Source of the DNA: a virus
DNA length: 31,122 nt
Virus record (IMG/VR): IMGVR_UViG_3300045988_093071
Span: 1 to 31,122 of that record
Reading direction: 5' to 3' (one strand)
A program made the translations under genes and the position numbers. Every line of letters starts with the position of its first letter. Positions within the stretch are counted from its first letter, which is position 1. Under the pieces are notes generated by a model. It worked only from the letters and a program-made list of their open reading frames with translations. It made no database searches and was not told the DNA's origin. Positions 10,091 through 16,893 of the stretch are shown here, one piece after another.

Positions 10091-10746
10091 TGGAAAATAA
10101 ATTAAACTGGTTTGGAAAGGTATTAGAATGAGTAGATAAATATGGATTACTAAAGATATTTAAAGCAGGGATTGGATTAATATTTATATCCTATGTAATG
10201 GTTATTACACTTAATCCCTCTATTGTTTATAATAAGGTTGTAACCTATATTGAACAAACTCACAATTCTAAAACTATTGCAAGAAATGAAGCAACTTTGA
10301 AGATTAAATATAAGCTTAAAGAATTGCTTCAAAGTACCAATGCTGATAGAGCTTGGGTTATTGAATATCATAATGGAACTACTGGATTAGGAGGACTTCC
10401 ATTTACTTATGGAGTAATGAATGCAGAGGAAGTAAAACCAGGAATAAGATCTGTAAGTAGCCATTATAAAGACTTCCTGTTATCTGACTATACTTCAATT
10501 ATAGAGTTTTCTAAGAATGATGGATGGTTTGGTAATATAGATAGTTTAGAAGCAGATGATCCAAGATTATATTATGCATTTAAATCCAACAGAGTGAATG
10601 AAATAGCAGTATTTTATTTAAAGACTGAGGATAAAGATATTGGCATTTTAGGTTTATCATTCTGTGATACACCTATGCCTTATGATACTTGAGTACATCT
10701 AAGAAGAGCTGGAATACAGATAAGTATAATTTTAAATAAAATATAA
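10090..10746 (+). CDS. Membrane-anchored protein of unknown function at the head of the lysis cassette (218 aa). In-frame TGAs at 10129 and 10690.
   Basis: ATG 10090 (TAATG overlap) is in frame with track ORF 10198..10692. There is an N-terminal TM segment (GIGLIFISYVMVITL). The true stop is TAA at 10744-10746. Confidence 0.6.
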
Positions 10747-10747
10747 T

Positions 10748-10909
10748 ATGAAATATTGGTTAAAATATGTAATTGCAGTAGTTATTATTCTGCTGATATG
10801 TTTACTAATCAAAGTAATTCCTTTTTGGATTACTGTAGTATTACTTGTAATAGGTGTGGCTTCACATCTATTTTATAGATATGTTATGATTAAAGATATA
10901 CTTAAATAA
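10748..10909 (+). CDS. Holin candidate (53 aa, two TM helices)
   Basis: It reads MKYWLKYVIAVVIILLICLLIKVIPFWITVVLLVIGVASHLFYRYVMIKDILK. It lies immediately upstream of, and overlaps (TAATG), the endolysin gene. It is below the ORF-track size cutoff. Confidence 0.55.
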   Translation: MKYWLKYVIAVVIILLICLLIKVIPFWITVVLLVIGVASHLFYRYVMIKDILK

Positions 10910-11361
10910 TGAAGTATTTCACACTCGAAGAATTAACAAGATCTGATACTGCTTCAATTAAGCATATAGATAACACTCCAGATGAGAGTATAACAGAGCA
11001 CCTGATAGAGTTGGTCGAGAAGCTTTTAGACCCAATAAGAGAGAGATGGGCAAAGTATTGTGATGACAATCAGCTTGGCAATGCAGGCATCAGGATTTCC
11101 TCTGGTTTTAGGAATAAGGAGCTTAATAAAGCAGTGGGAGGATCTTCAACTTCTGCTCATTTAACAGGGTATGCAGCAGATATATCTCCAATTAATGGTA
11201 ATATGAAAGTATTCCAAAGTTGGATTGCTGAAGCTATCGAAGAATTTGATTTCGACCAGTTGATATATGAAAGGCCTAGGAATGGTATAGCTAGTTGAAT
11301 ACACTTGGGATTAAAGAATAAAGACGGGATGCAAAGACGACAGAAATTTACTATTATATAA
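10909..11361 (+). CDS. Endolysin, peptidase M15 (zinc D-Ala-D-Ala carboxypeptidase-like) family (150 aa). In-frame TGA at 11296.
   Basis: It reads ..SSGFRNKELNKAVGGSSTSAHLTGYAADI..FDQLIYE.. and then, past the TGA, ..SWIHLGL.. This supplies the C-terminal W-x-H strand typical of this family. Confidence 0.85.
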
Positions 11362-11363
11362 TT

Positions 11364-11933
11364 ATGTTTTACTATTGTTATAAAATTTATTTAACTGCTG
11401 GCTCATTGAGAGGAAAATATTACATTGGTAAGCGTATTTATAAAGGAAAAGACCCATATAAAGATCCATATAAAGGTTCTGGTAAAATTATTAAGAACTA
11501 CTATAAAAGATTTCCTAATGCATATAAAAAAGAAATAATTGCATTCTGTAATGATTCAGATGAATTATCTAAAAAGGAGTATGAATTAATAGGAGATAAA
11601 TGGGAAGTAGATCCAATGTGTTTAAACTTGAAGCCAGGAGGAGAAGGAGGCAATTACGGAGTCAAATTTAATTCTGAATGAAAGAAGAAACTGTCTAATT
11701 CTAATAAGGGAAAGAAACATAATTGCCCAGAATCTTGAAGAGTTAAAGTAGATGCTCATAACAAACAAAGATGTCGTAAAGTAGCTCAGTATGATTTAGA
11801 TGGTAATTTTATTCAAGAGTATGAAAGTTGCACAGAAGCAGCCAAATCTGTAGGAACTGATAGAGGAGCTATTAGTAGAGTATGTGGTGGATTAGCAAAT
11901 ACAGCTAAAGGATTCAAGTGAAGATATGTTTAA
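11364..11933 (+). CDS. Free-standing GIY-YIG homing endonuclease 3 (189 aa). In-frame TGAs at 11679, 11736 and 11919.
   Basis: It reads YCYKIYLTAGSLRGKYYIGKR...GSGK...E...NLKPGGEGG, then WKKKLSNSNKGKKH repeats and a C-terminal AAKSVGTDRGAISRVCGG helix-turn-helix. Confidence 0.8.
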
Positions 11934-11943
11934 TAAAAAAGAA

Positions 11944-11969
11944 AAGGAGGGCAAATAACCCTCCTTTTT
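11944..11969. terminator. Bidirectional intrinsic terminator between convergent operons
   Basis: AAGGAGGG-caaataa-CCCTCCTT is flanked by an A-run upstream and a T-run downstream. Confidence 0.8.
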
Positions 11970-11971
11970 GT

Positions 11972-12112
11972 TTATTCCATTATCTCAAATAATTTCTCAT
12001 CTTTAGGTATTAATTCTCCAGTTTGTAAATCTACTAAGAATTTACTATTTTCAGGAATTACATAAACGTAATTTATTCCATTTAAGCATAATTTATATGT
12101 AAAGTACTTCAT
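11972..12112 (-). CDS. Micro-ORF (46 aa), hypothetical
   Basis: It reads MKYFTYKLCLNGINYVYVIPENSKFLVDLQTGELIPKDEKLFEIME. It abuts the terminator and is the last gene of the leftward operon. Confidence 0.4.
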   Translation of the reverse strand: MKYFTYKLCLNGINYVYVIPENSKFLVDLQTGELIPKDEKLFEIME

Positions 12113-12113
12113 A

Positions 12114-12248
12114 TTAGTCAATATATGTTGCGTTAGGAATCTCTGGTTTTTCTTCTACTTCTTCCCAAACTAACCCTTTGTTTTGGTTTTCTAATTGAAC
12201 TATTCTATATTCTAGTTCTTTAAGCTTTTTAAATAAAAAATCATCCAT
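12114..12248 (-). CDS. Micro-ORF (44 aa), hypothetical coiled-coil peptide
   Basis: It reads MDDFLFKKLKELEYRIVQLENQNKGLVWEEVEEKPEIPNATYID. It is packed with 1-2 nt spacers to its neighbours. Confidence 0.4.
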   Translation of the reverse strand: MDDFLFKKLKELEYRIVQLENQNKGLVWEEVEEKPEIPNATYID

Positions 12249-12250
12249 AA

Positions 12251-12463
12251 TTAATCAAATTTTGAAATAAATGTAAAATCTCTTTGTGCTAATACTCTAT
12301 CTATAATATCTCCTAATTTCTTAGAATTCTCTTTAAATTCATTCATTCACTTATCAAACTCTTTAATAGTATCTTCTGACTTTTTAAGAGTTTCTTTAAT
12401 ATCCGCAATTCTATTTAAATATGAATCTTGGTCTAATAATAATGTATCCTTTGCTTCTAACAT
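12251..12463 (-). CDS. Small ORF (70 aa), hypothetical. In-frame TGA (plus-strand tca at 12347-12349).
   Basis: It reads MLEAKDTLLLDQDSYLNRIADIKETLKKSEDTIKEFDKWMNEFKENSKKLGDIIDRVLAQRDFTFISKFD. The start overlaps the helicase 3' end. Confidence 0.4.
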
Positions 12464-14129
12464 CCTTTTCAGTTTTAGTTGATTTTCTAACTTCAAAATA
12501 GTGTTCAATATCTGTTGCCTTTGCAGTTTTCTTTATACCTAAAGTCTTATATACATCAGCAATCCTATTCTTTAATAAAGCTAAATTGTAGAACATACCA
12601 TTCTGAATATCTCTTGTAAGTAATTTGGCAACCTTATTTGGCATATTTTTATCTGATATTTTAACAAGTTCCTCTTTAATATCTTTAATGCAATAACCCA
12701 AAGTTGCCATTCTTTCAAATCCCAGTTTATTAATTGCATCATTTAACCAAGGATATTTAATTAGAGCTTCATTTAATATAGGAGTTCCAACTTTAAATTT
12801 AGTTTCCCATTCAGCTCTTACATCTTTAATAAGCTCCTGAAATGACTTACTAGGAGCTTCAAGGTCTATCTTAATAGATTTATCTTCACATTCAGCAACC
12901 TTTATAAAGCCATTCTTTAGATATTCATTAGTAAGATTAACTCTTACAGAGTATAAACCTCTTGCAACCTTAAAATTGAATATATCTACTTTAGCCATAT
13001 TTGGGTCAAATTCAAAGGTATAATCCTCATTAATTTGAATATATGTGTCACTTGTAAAGTCTGTAATCTTCTTACGAGCTACTTCTGGAAGCTGATTGTA
13101 TGATTCAACTGCAATCTTTGTTTCTTCAATATTCTTTAATGTATTATTTTTAAATGTATCATAATCTATCTCTGCATATCTTGTGGCTGAATAAAGATGA
13201 GTAATCCAATTTAAATATTTACTATTTCTAATTCTACCAGCAATCTGTTGAATTGAAGTAGATATATCTAAAAGAGTCTGAGCTTTAGAGGAATCACTAA
13301 CTACAATAATTCTTCCATTTTCATCATAAATATCAGAACCTTCAAATACAGTAGAAGTCAATAAATTAATCTTCTTAGGTTCATCATTTACTGAAGAATT
13401 CTGAATTGGCAGTTTAGTTCTATTATTCTTAGAATATACTACTCTTGTGTTATCTGCTGTAAGTTTAGCCTTTAAAATAAGATTCTTTATAAAGTCAACA
13501 GAGTTAACAAATATATAAGCATTACCTTCAACATTTCCACTTAAAAATCCATTTATAAGCTTAATTGTGGAAGCTTCTACATTCTTGCATTTAACAGTCT
13601 GAACTTTAGTCTCAATAACATCATCCCATTCTTGTCTTACTAATGGCAATTTAGACAATTCATCTAAAACAAATTCATCTTCTAAGGGAGTAGCAGTCAT
13701 AAATGTATATTCTTTAAATAAGCTATATGTCTTTAATACATCTTTAATTGCGTCTCTTCTAAGACTATATTGATTAAATAGTATATGATATTCATCAATT
13801 AATAGGCTATAATCTTTAGGATTTACTGCTTCTATTACTTTATAAAGAGAATTATAAGTAACAATGATTTTAGGGCATTTAACTGAAGATATATAAGCTT
13901 CAATATCTGTCTTAGTAACACCTTGATAAACTCCAAAAATAGGCTCTTTACGTCTTTCATTAGGATATTGAGCAAGTTTATTCTCAACTAAACTTACAAA
14001 TGGAACACATATAACATAAGGCTTATCACACTCTAAAGCCATTGAAGTTCCACCACATCCTACTTTACCTTTGTCAAATAAGCAGTTAGTAGGTAATTCA
14101 TTGATTAAATTATTTAAATAAGTTTTCAT
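12411..14129 (-). CDS. SF2 (DEAD/DEAH-like) helicase with a C-terminal domain of unknown function (572 aa)
   Basis: Walker A is DKGKVGCGGTS, Walker B / motif II is LLIDEYH, motif III is MTATP, and motif VI is QQIAGRIRN. There is no in-frame TGA. Confidence 0.8.
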   Translation of the reverse strand: MKTYLNNLINELPTNCLFDKGKVGCGGTSMALECDKPYVICVPFVSLVENKLAQYPNERRKEPIFGVYQGVTKTDIEAYISSVKCPKIIVTYNSLYKVIEAVNPKDYSLLIDEYHILFNQYSLRRDAIKDVLKTYSLFKEYTFMTATPLEDEFVLDELSKLPLVRQEWDDVIETKVQTVKCKNVEASTIKLINGFLSGNVEGNAYIFVNSVDFIKNLILKAKLTADNTRVVYSKNNRTKLPIQNSSVNDEPKKINLLTSTVFEGSDIYDENGRIIVVSDSSKAQTLLDISTSIQQIAGRIRNSKYLNWITHLYSATRYAEIDYDTFKNNTLKNIEETKIAVESYNQLPEVARKKITDFTSDTYIQINEDYTFEFDPNMAKVDIFNFKVARGLYSVRVNLTNEYLKNGFIKVAECEDKSIKIDLEAPSKSFQELIKDVRAEWETKFKVGTPILNEALIKYPWLNDAINKLGFERMATLGYCIKDIKEELVKISDKNMPNKVAKLLTRDIQNGMFYNLALLKNRIADVYKTLGIKKTAKATDIEHYFEVRKSTKTEKDVRSKGYIIIRPRFIFK

Positions 14130-14163
14130 AATAGTAATTTTTAATAAGTTAATAAATTTTATA

Positions 14164-14213
14164 TGTAACTTTTTTTATTTATCTTACTACAAAATATTAG
14201 TAAAAAAGTTACA
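14164..14213. repeat. 50-nt palindromic element, copy A (TGTAACTTTTTT ... AAAAAAGTTACA, 12-bp perfect stem)
   Basis: It lies 35 nt upstream of the helicase ATG, inside the predicted helicase leader. The architecture matches the other three copies. Confidence 0.8.
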
Positions 14214-14231
14214 GTAAAGGTTAAAATTAAA

Positions 14232-14248
14232 CTGGGAATTAATCCCAG
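14232..14248. promoter_or_regulatory. GC-rich hairpin CTGGGA-attaa-TCCCAG with T/A-rich flanks (possible attenuator in the helicase leader)
   Basis: Perfect 6-bp stem. On the minus strand it is followed by TTTAATTTTAA. Confidence 0.45.
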
Positions 14249-14287
14249 CTCAATTTTCAATATGGAAGTAGTTTTAGTTTGATAGTA

Positions 14288-14319
14288 CAAAGATAATACA
14301 TAAAATTTCAATTTCCAAA
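14288..14319 (-). promoter_or_regulatory. Bacteroidota-type promoter P-left-1 (TTTG-N20-TATCTTTG on the minus strand)
   Basis: On the plus strand, CAAAGATA at 14288-14295 and CAAA at 14316-14319 are separated by exactly 20 nt. This matches the -33 TTTG / -7 TAnnTTTG consensus. Confidence 0.6.
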
Positions 14320-14376
14320 TATTTTTGCAATTATTTTTAATAAATTTTTTATTTATTATCTCTTACTTTCATAGTA

Positions 14377-14408
14377 CAAATATACAACATTATTTTTAAA
14401 TCTCCAAA
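14377..14408 (-). promoter_or_regulatory. Bacteroidota-type promoter P-left-2 (TTTG-N20-TATATTTG on the minus strand)
   Basis: On the plus strand, CAAATATA at 14377-14384 and CAAA at 14405-14408 have a 20-nt spacer. It lies 89 bp from P-left-1 within an imperfect direct repeat. Confidence 0.6.
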
Positions 14409-14456
14409 TATTTTTATGAAAAATTTTAAATTTTTTTTGAAAAAGTTGTTAAAAAA

Positions 14457-14488
14457 TTTGGAGATTGGATAAAAATGTATTATCTTTG
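14457..14488 (+). promoter_or_regulatory. Bacteroidota-type promoter P-right (TTTG-N20-TATCTTTG) for the rightward early operon
   Basis: TTTG at 14457-14460 and TATCTTTG at 14481-14488 have a 20-nt spacer, 46 nt upstream of ATG 14534. Its -33 context ATTTGGAGA is the inverted copy of the one in P-left-2. Confidence 0.65.
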
Positions 14489-14533
14489 TATTACAATAAA
14501 AGACATAATATTAACAATTAAACTTTATAAATT

Positions 14534-14773
14534 ATGAAAAATATATTTAAATATGCAATTATTGCAACGATTATTTTAATGGGAATAGCTGGTATTAGAG
14601 TATATAATGCTTATGGAGACTACCAAACTAAAACATTTGAGCTTAGATTAGAACAGGCAGAACTCCAGCATAAATTAGACTCTGTAATGTGGCATAATCC
14701 TGGAAGTTCAGAAGTATCTGAATTATATGAACAGTATTGTGATGTAACCTTAAAAATTCATAATGTAAGATAA
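14534..14773 (+). CDS. Small membrane protein (79 aa), hypothetical early gene
   Basis: Intact ORF with an N-terminal TM segment (YAIIATIILMGIAGI). Confidence 0.5.
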   Translation: MKNIFKYAIIATIILMGIAGIRVYNAYGDYQTKTFELRLEQAELQHKLDSVMWHNPGSSEVSELYEQYCDVTLKIHNVR

Positions 14774-15210
14774 TGAAAACAGATATAAGAAGCTTAGTCT
14801 TTATAAAGAATCTATTTAAAGATAAATATAATATAGAAATAGAATGATGTAAAGACGATTATTCCAGATATGATGGAACATTTACTTGGAATAATATAGA
14901 TTATATAATTGAAGTTAAAAGGAGAAGATTTAAATCCGATAAATATCCAACTACAATTATAAATAGGGATAAGTTTGATATACTTAGTAAATGTAACTCT
15001 ATATTAGTCATTATATTTGATGATGGAGTTTATATTTATAAAGATGTAAAAAGAGCTTTTATTAAAGATTCAATGAAATATGGAAGAAGTACAACTGATT
15101 TTGGAGGAGAATATAAATACTCTTTAAAAACAGAGTTATCTTTAAAGAAAGCAATTAAATTAGAAATAGACACAACTTTTAGTAATTATATAAGAAATGA
15201 CGACATATAA
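14773..15210 (+). CDS. PD-(D/E)XK-like nuclease-fold protein (145 aa). In-frame TGA at 14845.
   Basis: The ATG overlaps the upstream stop (TAATG). It reads ..IEWCKDDYSRYDGTFTWNNIDYIIEVKRRRF.., giving a D...E-V-K catalytic-type motif. It is missed by the ORF track because of the TGA. Confidence 0.4.
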
Positions 15211-15688
15211 GGCAATACCTGGATATGAAAACTATTTAATAGGAACTGACGGTTCGGTCTGGAGTACTAGAACCTCAGTTCCGAAAAATATCAAACCTCA
15301 ACTCCAAAATAGTGGATATTATTATGTTACTTTATATAATCAGTTTGGGCAAAAGAAATATCTAATACATAGACTAGTGGCAGAAGTTTTCATAGGTAAA
15401 AGTGACTTATGTATTAACCATAAGGATGAAAATAAGCTAAATAATAACTTAGATAATTTAGAGTACTGTACTTATGAATATAACAATAATTATGGCAGTC
15501 ATAATATTAAAGTAGGAATTTCTCATAAGAAAGCAATTAGACAGCTATCATTAGATGGAAGTTTGATTAAGAGATGAGATTCCGCAATAGATGCTGAACG
15601 GGGACTTAATATACAATCCAGAAACATTGTAAAAGTTCTTAAAGGTCAGCGAAAAACAGCTGGAGGGTTTATTTGGGAATATGAATAA
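15197..15688 (+). CDS. Free-standing HNH homing endonuclease (NUMOD4 + HNH_3-like, 163 aa). In-frame TGA at 15575.
   Basis: It has YKAIPGYENYLIGTDGSVWS (NUMOD4-like), HRLVAEVFIG...INHKDENKLNNNLDNLE (HNH), and a C-terminal AIDAERGLNIQSRNIVKVLKG helix-turn-helix after the TGA. Confidence 0.8.
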
Positions 15689-15989
15689 CAATGAAATAAT
15701 AGAGAAATACTATCCGTTTATTATGGAGTTAAAAGAAAAATTTGGTGCAGATGACGATTGCACACAAATGGTCTGCATTGCACTTCTAGAAACATCTAAT
15801 TCCAAGCTTCAGTCATTAGATAGTAAGAATGAGCTGAAGTATTGGATTACAAGAGTATTTAAGAATAATTGGTTTTCTAAGAATAGTAGATACTATTACC
15901 AATATAAAAAGTACTATGAAATATTTAAAGAGCCATTAGAACAACAAACGGATAATTTAGAGGATTGGTTAAATGAAGCAGAAGATTAA
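15681..15989 (+). CDS. Sigma-70 region-2-like protein (102 aa), N-terminal piece of a two-piece sigma-like factor
   Basis: The pattern IIEKYYPFIMELKEKFGADDDCTQMVCIALLE...LKYWITRVFKNNWFSKNSRYY matches the ECF-type region 2 layout (..y.p.i......g...d.d..Q.v...l......W..ri..N...d..R). Confidence 0.5.
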   Translation: MNNNEIIEKYYPFIMELKEKFGADDDCTQMVCIALLETSNSKLQSLDSKNELKYWITRVFKNNWFSKNSRYYYQYKKYYEIFKEPLEQQTDNLEDWLNEAED

Positions 15990-16218
15990 TATTGATGATT
16001 TATTAATTGAGTATAACTTTGAAATAGATACCTTTACAGAGATGGATGATAGATTACTTGCAATTTATCCGAAATGAGAGGCATTAAATAGAGCAGATAA
16101 GACTATAATTATCTTATATGCTGAATATCGAAGTTATAGAGAAGTTGGGAAGATTCTGGGAATTAGTCATACGACTATTCAGAGATTTATTAAACAAATA
16201 AGAGAGAGATTATGTTAA
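15973..16218 (+). CDS. Sigma-70 region-4-like HTH protein (81 aa), C-terminal piece. In-frame TGA at 16075.
   Basis: It reads ..YPKWEALNRADKTIIILYAEYRSYREVGKILGISHTTIQRFIKQIRERL, a region 4.2-type HTH. It is in the +1 frame relative to the upstream piece, overlaps it by 17 nt, and has a TAA directly upstream of its ATG in its own frame. Confidence 0.55.
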
Positions 16219-16538
16219 GCATACTTTTTATAGCTATTATTCTTGTCTTCTGCATTGATTTATCTGGAGCTATGGACAAGGCAAATAGATGGGTATGAAG
16301 TAAACTATATCCTGGAGTTAAATATACTGATTGGTCTATACCTTTATTTGGATGTTCTCTATGCTGCACTTGGTGGGCAAGTTTACTATATATCTTAGTA
16401 ACTGGACAATTAAGCTTCTTAATGATTGCATATATTGCTTTAATTGCATTTATGACTCCAGTTATAAAGGATTGTATGATTCTAATTAAAGATATGATTA
16501 CCAAACTAATAGATATAGTTTATAAATACTTGGATTAA
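16212..16538 (+). CDS. Membrane protein (108 aa, about 3 TM segments, CSLCC motif). In-frame TGA at 16296.
   Basis: It reads MLSILFIAIILVFCIDLSGAMDKANRWVWSKLYPGVKYTDWSIPLFGCSLCCTWWASLLYILVTGQLSFLMIAYIALIAFMTPVIKDCMILIKDMITKLIDIVYKYLD. It replaces the antisense track ORF 16190..16504. Confidence 0.6.
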
Positions 16539-16560
16539 AAATAATATATTTTAAATAAAA

Positions 16561-16893
16561 ATGAAAGAATTAACAAAAGAACAGTATGAATATTTAAGTA
16601 AATTCGATAATAGGTTTAAATGTGCTGTTAGAGCTAACTATTGTCGTAATATCCAAAAGGAAGATACTGAAAGAATGAGAGCTATTTATGAGGAACTAAT
16701 AGAGCAGCCATATAAAATGAATATAAACTGCGGAACTTGTGTTCTTAACCTTATAAAGAGACTTGGAGTTTACTACTTTGAATATGTTGAAAAACTAAAA
16801 ACTATTGAGGATGAAGGAGCAAATAAAGAAGAAAGTAGGGAGACCGAAAAAGGCAGAGGTAGAAAAGGAACAAATAGACGAAGTAAAGACTAA
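16561..16893 (+). CDS. Hypothetical protein with Cys pairs (110 aa)
   Basis: Intact ORF with CAVRANYC and CGTC motifs and a Lys/Arg-rich tail. The last 83 nt overlap the next gene in another frame. Confidence 0.45.
   Translation: MKELTKEQYEYLSKFDNRFKCAVRANYCRNIQKEDTERMRAIYEELIEQPYKMNINCGTCVLNLIKRLGVYYFEYVEKLKTIEDEGANKEESRETEKGRGRKGTNRRSKD

Noticed and set aside
10177-10371. Minus-strand track ORF 10177..10371
   Set aside because: It is antisense to the recoded plus-strand gene 10090..10746 and has no start context or operon logic.
7815-11933. Homing endonucleases as intron- or intein-encoded
   Set aside because: The flanking genes are complete on both sides of each endonuclease, and no structured intron-like sequence or extein junction motifs are present. 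They are free-standing.
15973-15989. +1 ribosomal frameshift fusing the two sigma-like pieces
   Set aside because: There is no recognisable +1 shift motif in the 17-nt overlap. The downstream ORF has its own ATG immediately after an in-frame TAA. Two separate polypeptides is the simpler reading, though an indel check on the reads is still advised.
16190-16504. Minus-strand track ORF 16190..16504 (104 aa)
   Set aside because: With TGA=Trp the plus strand carries a complete, tightly coupled 108-aa membrane-protein gene (16212..16538) in operon context. The antisense ORF is an artefact of the standard-code track.
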